Sequence record: PZ379594.1
Reading direction: 5' to 3' (one strand)
Length of the DNA: 52,616 bases
Source: a phage
Positions within the stretch are counted from its first letter, which is position 1; the number at the start of each line of letters is the position of its first letter. Below are positions 18,141-28,023 of the stretch, piece by piece. Under the pieces are notes generated by a model. The model had not been told where the DNA came from. It did not search any database and worked only from the letters and a program-made list of their open reading frames with translations. The position numbers were made by a program, and so were the translations under genes.

Positions 18141-18412
18141 TGCAAACTGTATATTCTATTTTTGATATGCAGGAATCAGAGCACCATATGTTTGCTACCG
18201 ATTCCGAAGTTCCCGCAAAGGACGCTGTAATGGCGTTCCTTGAAAAGATTAAGGACAAAGTATTCTATTCGTCCGACACACAGTCTCAAGCAGTTAACGA
18301 TGAGACATTTAAAAACCTCCGAACTTTAATCTCGGCGACTACTTCAATTGAAGAGCTGTCCGAAGCATTAGTTGGATATGACTTCCGTCTTGCAATGTTG
18401 CAAGTCGATTAA
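18140..18412 (+). CDS. small acidic protein (90 aa)
   Basis: ATG overlaps the polymerase stop (TAATG). Confidence 0.5.
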   Translation: MQTVYSIFDMQESEHHMFATDSEVPAKDAVMAFLEKIKDKVFYSSDTQSQAVNDETFKNLRTLISATTSIEELSEALVGYDFRLAMLQVD

Positions 18413-18440
18413 CCAAAACTGAAACTTAAAGGTACTCAAA

Positions 18441-19307
18441 ATGGCATTTGCTGCTCCTACACTGGCCTCGAACAAGACTCCTTCTGCTGCACCATTACTG
18501 GAAGCGGGTGGTTATCCTGCTCGTGTTTGCCGTATTATCGACCTGGGCTTACAGCCTGGTTCTGCTAAATATCCTACCCCGTCCTTGAAACTTCTGGTTA
18601 CTTTCGAACTGCTCGACGAGTACATGAAAGAAGTTGACAGTGAAGGTAAAATGGTCATGGTTCAAGACCCAGACGAAGATGACGGCATTATGATGGCGAA
18701 GAATCTTGAAGACAAGCCGCGTTGGTTTGACTTTGAGTTTACCTATAATGCTGACGGATTCATGGGTGAGAACTCCCACATCTACAAATTCGCTAAGGCG
18801 ATTGATGCACTGGAAGTTAAACCTAATCTGGAACAAGGCATTCAGGGCCATCCTGCCAAGAACCTTCCAGATTGGTTGGGCGAACCTCTGATTGTTGGCA
18901 TTGTTCAATATACCAAGCAGTCAGGTAAGAACGCTGGTCAGGTTGCTAACAAAGTTGCTACCTTCTCTCCGATGAAATCCAAAGAGAAGAAAGAAGCTAA
19001 AGCACTGGTTAACCCGACTGTCTTCTTCGACATGTCTGAGCCGGACCTGGAAGTATTCAACAAACTGCCAGGTGGCGAATCTCCGTATGCAATCAAGAAC
19101 CGTATTACTTCCGGTGTTGATTTCTACAAGACTAAGCTGTCTGCACTGTTAGGCGGTAAACCTGCCGATGAAGGCGCTGTACCGAATCAGGCTTCTGATG
19201 AAGAAGTTGATGCAGCTATGAAAGCTGAACTGGAAGCACAGGCTGCTGCAAAAGCACAGCGTGAAGCGGAAGGTGGTGCTGCTGGCGGTACGGGTATGCC
19301 GTTCTAA
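18441..19307 (+). CDS. highly expressed replication-module protein, possibly the phage ssDNA-binding protein
   Basis: E. coli-optimal codons, AAAGG RBS, strong terminator downstream, acidic C-terminal region ending in ...GMPF; function is inferred from position and tail only. Confidence 0.6.
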   Translation: MAFAAPTLASNKTPSAAPLLEAGGYPARVCRIIDLGLQPGSAKYPTPSLKLLVTFELLDEYMKEVDSEGKMVMVQDPDEDDGIMMAKNLEDKPRWFDFEFTYNADGFMGENSHIYKFAKAIDALEVKPNLEQGIQGHPAKNLPDWLGEPLIVGIVQYTKQSGKNAGQVANKVATFSPMKSKEKKEAKALVNPTVFFDMSEPDLEVFNKLPGGESPYAIKNRITSGVDFYKTKLSALLGGKPADEGAVPNQASDEEVDAAMKAELEAQAAAKAQREAEGGAAGGTGMPF

Positions 19308-19317
19308 CTATAAATAT

Positions 19318-19342
19318 GGCTCCTTCGGGAGCCTTTAATTTT
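19318..19342 (+). terminator. intrinsic terminator (GGCTCC-TTCG-GGAGCC + TTTAATTTT)
   Basis: Perfect 6-bp GC-rich stem with TTCG tetraloop followed by a T-rich tract. Confidence 0.7.
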
Positions 19343-19355
19343 GGAGCTTACCAAA

Positions 19356-20378
19356 GTGAGTAAGAAACGAGTTTTGTTGCTGGTTGACGGCGACATGGTT
19401 GCATTCAGTCACTGTGCTGCTGAGGAATACGGCAAAGATTCAGAAGATATTAACTTTGCTAAGATTCAAATGTCAATGGATTCCAAGATGGAATTCCTTG
19501 CGAAACGTGTGGGAGCTACAGAAGTAGTTACCTGCATTTCACCATCCAAAACATTCCGCAACGTTCTTGCCGAGAATTACAAAGGCAATCGTGATGATGT
19601 TTGGCGACCAGAAAACTTGAAGAATGCGAAAGCACATCTTATGGTTGCCTGGAACGGCGTGTGGATGAAGGGTCTGGAAGCAGATGACCTTCTTGCTGTA
19701 TTCGCACGTCATGAATACGAAATGACAATGGGTAAACGTAATGAGATTAAGGGCCTCAAGCGCATTGGTCCTTGCACATATGATGAAGTCTGGATTGCGT
19801 CGCTGGACAAAGACTTGCGACAAATCGGGCAGAATGGTGGTGCTGGTCCAGTAATTAAACATTACCAATGGGAACGAGAAACCCAGGGTATTGGTGAGAA
19901 GGTTGTAACTCCGCAGGATTACGGCGAACTCAAATTAATCATCAAGGACAACGGCAAGTCGAAGAAGAAAGAAGTTAAAGGCAATGGCCCTAAATTCTTC
20001 TTGCATCAATTGCTTATTGGCGACTCGACGGATAACGCTATGGGTTGCGGAGTTCTTGAAGAAAGAATTTACAAAACTGGTGCCAAAGCTGGAGAAACTT
20101 ATTTCCGTCGTGATGGCATTGGTGCAGTTGCTTCATTCGAAATGCTGGATGGTACAACCTCCTATGCAGAAGGTTTGAAGAAAGTTATTGGTGCATATAT
20201 TGTGCGCTTCGGAGATGGTTGGGAACAAGAGCTACTCAAAGTAGGTCGCCTTGTTTACATGCACCATCAAATTGAAAAGGGTAATTGTGTTCGCTTGTGG
20301 CATTACAAGAACATTAACGAATACTTTGACCTTAAAGAGAATCGTATCCTCACTCAAGAAGAGTACCTCCAGAAATAA
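19356..20378 (+). CDS. 5'-3' exonuclease / flap endonuclease (T7 gp6-like)
   Basis: N-terminal LLLVDGDMVAF; GTG at 19356 with GGAG 9 nt upstream (listed TTG start at 19341). Confidence 0.7.
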   Translation: MSKKRVLLLVDGDMVAFSHCAAEEYGKDSEDINFAKIQMSMDSKMEFLAKRVGATEVVTCISPSKTFRNVLAENYKGNRDDVWRPENLKNAKAHLMVAWNGVWMKGLEADDLLAVFARHEYEMTMGKRNEIKGLKRIGPCTYDEVWIASLDKDLRQIGQNGGAGPVIKHYQWERETQGIGEKVVTPQDYGELKLIIKDNGKSKKKEVKGNGPKFFLHQLLIGDSTDNAMGCGVLEERIYKTGAKAGETYFRRDGIGAVASFEMLDGTTSYAEGLKKVIGAYIVRFGDGWEQELLKVGRLVYMHHQIEKGNCVRLWHYKNINEYFDLKENRILTQEEYLQK

Positions 20379-20389
20379 TTGGAGTTGGA

Positions 20390-20914
20390 ATGGCTTACGG
20401 TTATTGTGGAACGGAAGCCAAGTTTGTATCTTGGCTCCAATCTGCTATTCGAAGTGTTTGGTCTAAACACCCAAGCAAACTTGCGCTGATACAATCTCGA
20501 CGCATTGCATTGAAGGTCGGTGACTCAAAGAAACCAATCTTCCACATTCAGTGCTACCATTGCAAGAAGTTGTATAAGCTCAAAGAGATTGAAGTAAACC
20601 ACAAAGTTCAAGTTGGTGGCCTCCTTAAGTTGGAAGACCTGCACCGCTTTGTGGACAACCTTCTACTGGTTCAGCCAGAAGATTTGGAATTGCTGTGTAA
20701 AGATTGTCACGGCATTGTTACATACATGGAACGATATGGTGTATCACGTCGTGATGCAGTCATTAAGAAGAAGTGTATTGCATTTGCCAAATTGTCTGAC
20801 GAAGAGCAAATTGCCAAGTGCAAACTTGCTAAAATAGAGCCAGTTCCTAAAACCAAAATCGGACGCAAGAATGCTGTTCGAGAATACCTGAGAAAGAATC
20901 TTAATGTCTATTAA
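20390..20914 (+). CDS. HNH endonuclease
   Basis: Cys/His/Asn pattern CYHCKK...EVNHK...CKDCH; free-standing between the exonuclease and ligase genes. Confidence 0.6.
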   Translation: MAYGYCGTEAKFVSWLQSAIRSVWSKHPSKLALIQSRRIALKVGDSKKPIFHIQCYHCKKLYKLKEIEVNHKVQVGGLLKLEDLHRFVDNLLLVQPEDLELLCKDCHGIVTYMERYGVSRRDAVIKKKCIAFAKLSDEEQIAKCKLAKIEPVPKTKIGRKNAVREYLRKNLNVY

Positions 20915-21659
20915 GCTCCTCGATGATGGTACAAAATACACAAAGGCTCACGCACATGATTGGGAAGACCCAGACTGCCGTATCAAAGGGCGCTGTGAAC
21001 TCTTCATCAAGATTGACGGAATTCGAGCTATCCGTAATAAATCAGGTAGTGTCTGGAGTCGTAATTCCAAACCCCTACCTCATTTGGACCACTTACAGTT
21101 CAGAGATGCTGAGATATTCCGTAATAGTTGGAATGAGACTTCTAGCATCCTCGGACGTATTGACCCGCCAAGCGTCCCTCTAACCCAGGACAATGTGTAT
21201 GAGTTGAGCGATGGTGCTGTTGACCCACGCCTGTACATCGGCTGGTGCAAAGACCCAAGCAATGAAAACCTTAAGGCATTGATGGATAAATATCTGGCGC
21301 TTGGTCATGAAGGTATCATTGTCCGTGATGCAAAAGGTAAGTGGTGGAAGATTGTACCATATAAATACGCCGATGTGAAGATTACTGGTATGAAAGAAGG
21401 TACTGGTGCTCTTAAAGGTATGTGTGGTTCTATCTCCTCGAACTACGGCAGTGCTGGCTCAATGGTGAAGGATTGTCTGGCAGACCACGGTATTCCAGAA
21501 TCTAACACACTGATTCGTAAGTGGTTGTGGGAACATCGCCACGAGCTAATTGGTTCGATTATGCAAGTTCGATATCGTGAGAAGACGGAAGCTGGTAAGT
21601 TCCGGTTCCCGTCACTCGTTCGTTTACGTTCAGACAAAAGTGAGGAAAGTTTTGATTAA
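20904..21659 (+). CDS. ATP-dependent DNA ligase (compact)
   Basis: Nucleotidyltransferase motif I KIDGIR, motif IV EGIIVRD, motif V AKGKWWKIV and motif VI-like RFPSLVRLRSDK. Confidence 0.7.
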   Translation: MSIKLLDDGTKYTKAHAHDWEDPDCRIKGRCELFIKIDGIRAIRNKSGSVWSRNSKPLPHLDHLQFRDAEIFRNSWNETSSILGRIDPPSVPLTQDNVYELSDGAVDPRLYIGWCKDPSNENLKALMDKYLALGHEGIIVRDAKGKWWKIVPYKYADVKITGMKEGTGALKGMCGSISSNYGSAGSMVKDCLADHGIPESNTLIRKWLWEHRHELIGSIMQVRYREKTEAGKFRFPSLVRLRSDKSEESFD

Positions 21660-22278
21660 GCGACTAGCTGTTATTCTCAATGGACCTCCAGGCTGCGGTA
21701 AAGACACCATCGCAAATAAGATTGTTGCTGCCGAGGAACCATACTTTCTCGGTAAGCGCAAGTTCATTAAACACCAGTTTAAGGATGCACTGTATGAGCA
21801 TACTGCCAAACACTTTCAAGTTGATGTGGACAAGTTTATTCACTACGCTTCGGACCGTGACCTCAAAGACTCTATCTCCCTTGCAGGTCTTGGTGGCAGA
21901 ACACCTCGTCAGGCTCTTATTCACGTTAGCGAAGATGTGTATAAGCCTCGCTACGGACAAGACTACTTCGGTAAGGTTGAAGCTGCTCGTGTTGAAGAAC
22001 TCGCGGGGCGTATGGGTGGCATTATTAATGTCATTTATCCCGATGGCGGTTTTGGTGATGAAGTCGTTGCCATTGAGTCTGCTTATGATTTTGTCCTCAT
22101 TGTGCGTTTGCATCGTGATGGTTTTGATTTCACGGGCGATTCTCGCAGATACATCAACCTCCCAGACACACCTACCCGCGTAACAGTGGATGAGCATCTA
22201 GTTGATGGTAAAGTGGGTGATTCTGTATTCAAAGTGTTCAACTGGATTGAACGCGTAACTTATCAAGTAGAGAAATAA
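21652..22278 (+). CDS. P-loop nucleotide kinase, dNMP kinase-like
   Basis: P-loop GPPGCGKDT near the N-terminus (T4 gene 1-like SGKDT type, from memory); probable TTG start at 21652 overlapping the ligase stop. Confidence 0.55.
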   Translation: MIKRLAVILNGPPGCGKDTIANKIVAAEEPYFLGKRKFIKHQFKDALYEHTAKHFQVDVDKFIHYASDRDLKDSISLAGLGGRTPRQALIHVSEDVYKPRYGQDYFGKVEAARVEELAGRMGGIINVIYPDGGFGDEVVAIESAYDFVLIVRLHRDGFDFTGDSRRYINLPDTPTRVTVDEHLVDGKVGDSVFKVFNWIERVTYQVEK

Positions 22279-22280
22279 TC

Positions 22281-22802
22281 ATGTCCTGTATGACCCAAGT
22301 TGTTGCAGTTAAACGAGTGCATCCTAATGCGAAATTACCTGTGTACGCTACTGCTGGCGCTGCTGCTGCTGACGTTTGCACTATCTCCGATAGCACTGTT
22401 GTTATCAATCCCGGCTGCTCTGCTGTTTTCGATACTGGCCTCCAATTCGAGATTCCAGTTGGATACGAACTCAAAGTACATAGCCGTTCTGGTCATGGCT
22501 TTAAGTCTGGCATTCGCCTGGCAAACTGCACAGGAATTCTGGACTCCGATTATCGTGGCAATCTTATGGTTAAGTTGCACAACGACTCGGACACAGCCTT
22601 TGTGGTTCAGCCAGGTGAACGTATTTGTCAAGTGCAAGTTAGTAAAGCTACTCAACACCATTTCGTCGAAGTTGACCGCTTGAATGCAACTGGTCGTGGT
22701 GAAGGTGGGTTTGGCTCAACTGGTCGTGTGGAACTCGGTCAACACGAAAGACCACATATTCCAGAAGGCTTGACAGTCCACAATCACAGTATTGCCAAGT
22801 AA
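22281..22802 (+). CDS. dut: dUTP diphosphatase (trimeric dUTPase)
   Basis: dUTPase motifs (RSGHG, GILDSDYRGNL, QPGERICQ). Confidence 0.8.
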   Translation: MSCMTQVVAVKRVHPNAKLPVYATAGAAAADVCTISDSTVVINPGCSAVFDTGLQFEIPVGYELKVHSRSGHGFKSGIRLANCTGILDSDYRGNLMVKLHNDSDTAFVVQPGERICQVQVSKATQHHFVEVDRLNATGRGEGGFGSTGRVELGQHERPHIPEGLTVHNHSIAK

Positions 22803-22841
22803 TATTCGACATTCTCAGTAACCAATTGGAACCTATCTGAA

Positions 22842-23171
22842 ATGAAACTGTCCTCACCTGTTGTAGTAAATAACCGCAAAGTTAAATTTGCATATCTCAA
22901 GTCTAATGTCACCTCCACTGGTGGCGGGACTTATCTCACCCGTGCACTTGCAGTTCGCAACGAAACAGGTGCGGATGTTATCGTTTTCATGCTCCCTCAT
23001 GGTGAAAACACAATCAAGAACGTCGAACGTATCAAGCGTGGGCGCGAAGATTTAATGTCGGCTGTTAAGCCGCTGATACTGCCATTTAAGATTGTGGTGG
23101 TTGTTGGTTCTACCCAAGCGTATCTTGAAGATTTCTATAAAGATATGGCCTGGAGCGATATTAAATATTAA
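22842..23171 (+). CDS. hypothetical protein (109 aa), small-terminase candidate by position
   Basis: Lies just upstream of the large terminase; no motif recognised. Confidence 0.45.
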   Translation: MKLSSPVVVNNRKVKFAYLKSNVTSTGGGTYLTRALAVRNETGADVIVFMLPHGENTIKNVERIKRGREDLMSAVKPLILPFKIVVVVGSTQAYLEDFYKDMAWSDIKY

Positions 23172-23186
23172 GCGACACGCGTAGTT

Positions 23187-23215
23187 AGGGAGGCCAGATA
23201 GCCTCCTATCTTATT
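23187..23215 (+). terminator. possible terminator/stem-loop (GGGAGGC...GCCTCC + T-rich)
   Basis: 6-7 bp GC stem followed by TATCTTATT; at the replication/packaging module boundary. Confidence 0.4.
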
Positions 23216-23226
23216 CGGAGTCGCTT

Positions 23227-23412
23227 ATGCGCACAATACAATGTCCCAACTGCCATTATGAAATTGCAGAAGATGATTTCATAACGCAGCAATGTCCTAT
23301 CTGTGATTCATACATGCCACTAAACCGCCTGTATTTAAAGGCCGATTCTGGTTTAGGCAGCATCATTCGCATCAATCCCGTGCAAACTCAGCCATTAGTG
23401 GATTGTGATTAA
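23227..23412 (+). CDS. small zinc-ribbon protein (61 aa)
   Basis: Two CxxC pairs (CPNCHYE ... CPICDS); GGAG RBS. Confidence 0.45.
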   Translation: MRTIQCPNCHYEIAEDDFITQQCPICDSYMPLNRLYLKADSGLGSIIRINPVQTQPLVDCD

Positions 23413-23431
23413 AAACAAAGAGAACGAATCA

Positions 23432-25450
23432 ATGTCAAAGACTGATGACCTCGGACCGGAGTTTAATGATACAGTAGCCTCGTATCTTGCCAAGCACTAC
23501 GGTGACGTATTAAAAGTCTCAAGAGAAAGATTCTGTATTCTATCTTTGCCATTGCTCCGTCGATATATTTCAGAAAATACTGCAATAGTTGACAGCTATG
23601 AAGAACAAATTCAAGCAGAGTTAGAAGGCCAGGGTCTTGAAAACGATGCTGTATTGCGTTCCGTTTTCAGAGCACAACTTGAGCGTCTTCGCTCTGGCGA
23701 CAAGAAAGACTCGACTGCCTATGCAGATGAGTTGAAGAAAGGTATTCAAGCAGGTGTTACTGACCGTGTTGCAGGTTCCACATTAGAGGAGCCAAACTCG
23801 GAACATGATAACACCGATGAACTTGTAGACAAGATTCTGCATGACCCACATAATGTGGACCCAACTGTAATCCCTGCCAAGGTTGCAGAACGTGTTCGCA
23901 AAATCTTGATGAAAAGTTTCGAAGCCTTTGGTAAATGGCAGTTCCATATTCAGATGGGATTTCCATTTCAAGCACAAGACTTTCACGATGTAATATTCAG
24001 TGTTGGTCAGAAGGTTGTTGATGGTGAGATTGACCGCTTAATAGTGACCATTCCTCCACGACACTCTAAGACTCAGCTCATGAGTATTGCACTGCCCTTG
24101 TATTCATTTTGCCACAATGAATCAAGCCATAACATTATCACCTCGTATGCAGAAGACGTTGTTCTTGAATCGAGTGGTTACATCCGTGCTGTAATGCTGG
24201 ACCCACTATTCCAACGCATATTCCCGAAGGTGAGAATCGACCCCAACAAACGTTCTCTTGAACGCTGGGGTACAACCAAAGCTGGAGTTATGCACGCAGT
24301 ACCTACTGGTGGTAAGCTAACTGGTAAAGGTGCTGGACTTCTTGTTGCAAAATATTCCGGCTGTTTCGTGGTGGATGACGTTATCAAGCCGAAAGATGCC
24401 TACTCTGACACAGTTCGAGCAGAAATCAACGACCGATTTGATAACACCTTTATGTCACGTCTTGCCAACGATGGTTGCATAACTGATTCGTACGGAAACC
24501 AAATTAAGTGTGCCCGTACACCAATGGTTATCATCATGCAGCGAGTTCATGACCAGGATTTAGTTGGTTACATACTCCGTGGTGGCTCTTCTGACAAATA
24601 CCACTATCTCAATATCCCAGCGATTATTGAGAAAGGTGTTGGAAGTGCCGAATGGTATGATAAGTTAATCAAGAAGCAGAACTACACTCATGCTATTCCC
24701 ATTCTGTATAATTTGAACAGGAAGGAAGAGAAGTCTGCATTATGGCCTTCACGTAAGAGCTTAGAATCTCTGGAGGCAATGAAAGAGTCTAACCCATACA
24801 CATACAATTCACAGTATGCTGGCGACCCATCTGCACAAGGCCACGGCCTTATCAAAGAAGATTGGTGGCAAGAGTATGAGCCAGACGTTTTCGACAGAAG
24901 TCGCATAGTCAGAAGTTTTATTACAGCGGATACGGCATCAACTGCCAAATCCTATTCTGATTATTCGGTCCTTAAGCATTGGGGCGTGACTAAAGAGCGT
25001 GATGTTTATTGCTTAGATATTATGCTCGGTAAGTTTGAAACTCCAGAACTCAAGACTGCTATCATCGACTTCTGGAACAAATGCAACAAGTTGGACTTGA
25101 AATGTGTAGGTTGTATTCCTCGTGCACTGTACATGGAAGACAAGTCTGCCGGACAATTCTTGAACCAACAATTTATCAGAGATGGGAGTGTCCGAGTTTT
25201 ACCATTGCCTCGTGATGGGATTAATGGTAATGACAAGGTAACTCGATTCCTTAACGCAATCCCATATTTCTCGCAAAAGAGAATATTCTTCCCTGCTGGT
25301 CATGAACACATTGACCACGTTAGACGTGAAATACTTGGATTCACTTCTTTGGGTAGTGGTACTGGACACGACGATTGTGTCGATAACGTTTCAGATATGG
25401 TTGCAATCGAATTCTCAGGCCCAAGTGCCAACTACTCCGCATGGATGTAA
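23432..25450 (+). CDS. terminase large subunit
   Basis: Large ORF ahead of the portal with a deviant Walker A-like PRHSKTQ; start ambiguous (GTG 23405 or ATG 23432). Confidence 0.65.
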   Translation: MSKTDDLGPEFNDTVASYLAKHYGDVLKVSRERFCILSLPLLRRYISENTAIVDSYEEQIQAELEGQGLENDAVLRSVFRAQLERLRSGDKKDSTAYADELKKGIQAGVTDRVAGSTLEEPNSEHDNTDELVDKILHDPHNVDPTVIPAKVAERVRKILMKSFEAFGKWQFHIQMGFPFQAQDFHDVIFSVGQKVVDGEIDRLIVTIPPRHSKTQLMSIALPLYSFCHNESSHNIITSYAEDVVLESSGYIRAVMLDPLFQRIFPKVRIDPNKRSLERWGTTKAGVMHAVPTGGKLTGKGAGLLVAKYSGCFVVDDVIKPKDAYSDTVRAEINDRFDNTFMSRLANDGCITDSYGNQIKCARTPMVIIMQRVHDQDLVGYILRGGSSDKYHYLNIPAIIEKGVGSAEWYDKLIKKQNYTHAIPILYNLNRKEEKSALWPSRKSLESLEAMKESNPYTYNSQYAGDPSAQGHGLIKEDWWQEYEPDVFDRSRIVRSFITADTASTAKSYSDYSVLKHWGVTKERDVYCLDIMLGKFETPELKTAIIDFWNKCNKLDLKCVGCIPRALYMEDKSAGQFLNQQFIRDGSVRVLPLPRDGINGNDKVTRFLNAIPYFSQKRIFFPAGHEHIDHVRREILGFTSLGSGTGHDDCVDNVSDMVAIEFSGPSANYSAWM

Positions 25451-25452
25451 AT

Positions 25453-25665
25453 ATGGCGGTTATCACTCGTTTAGATGCCCGCTCACGCAAGAACAACTCC
25501 TTCCAGATTCAAGATTTGGAAGGAAACATTTTATGTGTGATTGAGGCAGTTTCTACCACAGAGAGCGACTGTGTTAAGTTAAAGCACGAGTCAAATCTGC
25601 GACTCCACACCTCCGACAACATTCAAATTGTTAAAGGTAATGGAACTATTCTAAGGAAGAAATAA
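25453..25665 (+). CDS. hypothetical protein (~70 aa)
   Basis: ATG at 25453 just after the terminase stop. Confidence 0.4.
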   Translation: MAVITRLDARSRKNNSFQIQDLEGNILCVIEAVSTTESDCVKLKHESNLRLHTSDNIQIVKGNGTILRKK

Positions 25666-26981
25666 TGACTTCCAAGAAGAAAAACAATCTTTCTGTTAAA
25701 GTTGCAGATGGGTTAGAAAACCTTGTAACGGGGTTGGGCGGTCAAGCAGATAAGTCCACTTTCAACCAGTGGACTTTCTCAAACAAGAACGCGAACTATC
25801 GCGAACTTATGAACCGCTTCCGTGAGGACTGGGTTGCACAGAAAGTGTGTACCGTCATTCCTCAGGACATGACGCGTAAGTGGCGACATATTGATACCGA
25901 AGAAGGACGCAAGGCGGATAAGAAACTTCGTATTCGTAAGCTGTTCCGTGAAGCATATCAATGGGCCAGATTGTATGGTACTTCATTTGTTCTGCTCGAC
26001 CTGAAAGGTACGGGCAAACTTGATACACCATTGCGACTGGATAACTTGAAGACTGGATGTATTAAATCCATGAGAGTTATTGACCGCTCACGCTTATTTG
26101 CCGCAGGGACTATGGTTCTGGACCCTTTGAGTCCTCACTATGGTTTGCCAGAGTATTATACTTTGGCTGGGTATCCCGGCTATATCCACTACACTCGTTT
26201 CCTTCGGTTCGAGGGTACTGAACTACCGCTGTTCGAATTCCAACGCAACATGTGGTATTCCGATTCGGTACTTATTCCACTGCTGAAAACGATTGACCAA
26301 TTCTACACAACTGCTGCCGCTGCCGCCAGCCTCGCCCAAGAAGCCACCATTGATGTGGTAACTGTTGAGGGCTTACAATCTCTGCTTACATCACCGGAAG
26401 GTGAAGCTGCTGTGATGAAGCGCTTCAAACTTATGAAGCTGGCAAAGAGTATTTATAATGTCTTAATTCTCGACAATACTGAGAAGTATGACACCAAGTC
26501 AATTGCACTGTCTGGTGTGAAAGATTTGATTTGGGAATACTTGAAGATAGTTGCTGCCGCAGTTGGTATTCCGGCTACACGTTTCCTTTCTGCATCTCCA
26601 GACGGTATGAATGCTACGGGCGAATCTGACCTCGTAAACTATATCGACTTGTTGACAGGCTTGCAGACTTCTGTGTTCGACCCTCGTTTAGATGTGGTAG
26701 ACAAGATTGTCCAAGCGCACTTTGGCATTGAAGAGTATAGCTACGAATGGCTAGACATCTTCCCTGAATCCAACGTTGAGAAAGCGAAGCGAGCTAAAGA
26801 TTTGGCATTTGCTGTTGACCTGTTGGTTAACAACGGTACTATCACTACCGAAGTTGCGAACGAAGTCATGTTCCATTCGGGCGTGTTCGGAACTTGTGAC
26901 CTTGGCAAGCCAAATCCTAATCCTCCTAACATCCAAAAGGGTAACGCAAGTGAAGCAAAACCAAAACCTGGTTCAGCTTAA
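25665..26981 (+). CDS. portal protein (candidate)
   Basis: 438-aa ORF directly after the terminase and before scaffold/capsid genes; AAGGAAG RBS. Confidence 0.6.
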   Translation: MTSKKKNNLSVKVADGLENLVTGLGGQADKSTFNQWTFSNKNANYRELMNRFREDWVAQKVCTVIPQDMTRKWRHIDTEEGRKADKKLRIRKLFREAYQWARLYGTSFVLLDLKGTGKLDTPLRLDNLKTGCIKSMRVIDRSRLFAAGTMVLDPLSPHYGLPEYYTLAGYPGYIHYTRFLRFEGTELPLFEFQRNMWYSDSVLIPLLKTIDQFYTTAAAAASLAQEATIDVVTVEGLQSLLTSPEGEAAVMKRFKLMKLAKSIYNVLILDNTEKYDTKSIALSGVKDLIWEYLKIVAAAVGIPATRFLSASPDGMNATGESDLVNYIDLLTGLQTSVFDPRLDVVDKIVQAHFGIEEYSYEWLDIFPESNVEKAKRAKDLAFAVDLLVNNGTITTEVANEVMFHSGVFGTCDLGKPNPNPPNIQKGNASEAKPKPGSA

Positions 26982-28014
26982 CGACGAAGATACCGTGAAT
27001 GAAGTAGTTTTGTTGAACGACAAGGCTACTTTGACGACCCGTCGTTTACGTGACTCTGGCGAAATGATTGCAGAATGCACCATCGCTCGTACTGGCATCA
27101 TGCTGTATAAAGCAAAAGAACTTGGTGAAATCGCAAAACATCTGGACCCAGAATCTATTTGCCGTGTTCGTACCAAGCCGGAAGTATTATTTGATGAAGC
27201 AACCATTGAAGGTTGTCGCTCAATTCCGGTAACTATCGGCCATCCGAAAAATGATGTTAACATCAAGAACAACAAAGAACTCCAGAAAGGGTTCATCGAA
27301 GGGCGTCCAGTTGCAGACGGTTCTTTCTTGGCTGCATCAATCGTTTTGAATGACGAGCAAGCTATTCGATTAGTTGATTCTGGTGTTGACCAAATCTCCT
27401 TGGGCCATAATGCTGAACTGGCTGTATCAGAAGATGATGAAGCCGACTTCGATAAAGTTCGCATTATCCCTAACCATGCTGCAATTGTTGTTCGTGGTCG
27501 TGCTCAGACTACCCGCATTGGTGACTCTGGTGAAGAGATTGCCATTGTTGATAAGGCAACCTTTGATGTTGTTGAAGCAGAGCGTGATGCAGCGCTTGAC
27601 AAGATTAGTGTCCTTGAACAGAAACTTGCTGATGCAGAAACTGCACGACTATCCGATGAAGCTATTCAGGCTGAGGTAGACAAACGTGTAGTTGCCCGTA
27701 CAGCATTGCTTGTTGATGTGGCCCGTCTTGGCGACGAGTTCTCCAACCTCGATTTCTCCGGCAAGACCGATGCAGAAATTAAGTTGGCTGTAGTTAATAA
27801 ATTGCATGACAAGGATTTCAGCGATAAGAGCGAAGACTATATCTCCGCCCGTTTCGATGCAGCTCTTGAAGATTGCGATTCCATTACTTTGGGAGATGCC
27901 CTGAATCAGTCTATGCAATTCTCTGCTAAGAAAGATTCAGAAGCTCGTAAACCTAAAGTTTCTATTTCCGAAGAAGCTAACAAACGTCGTTTAGAACGCT
28001 TCAACTCTTTATAA
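26950..28014 (+). CDS. head scaffolding protein (possibly with protease function)
   Basis: Between portal and capsid genes; C-terminal coiled-coil-like region; GTG start at 26950 chosen to limit overlap with the portal (listed start 26776). Confidence 0.45.
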   Translation: MKQNQNLVQLNDEDTVNEVVLLNDKATLTTRRLRDSGEMIAECTIARTGIMLYKAKELGEIAKHLDPESICRVRTKPEVLFDEATIEGCRSIPVTIGHPKNDVNIKNNKELQKGFIEGRPVADGSFLAASIVLNDEQAIRLVDSGVDQISLGHNAELAVSEDDEADFDKVRIIPNHAAIVVRGRAQTTRIGDSGEEIAIVDKATFDVVEAERDAALDKISVLEQKLADAETARLSDEAIQAEVDKRVVARTALLVDVARLGDEFSNLDFSGKTDAEIKLAVVNKLHDKDFSDKSEDYISARFDAALEDCDSITLGDALNQSMQFSAKKDSEARKPKVSISEEANKRRLERFNSL

Positions 28015-28023
28015 GGTAAGACA

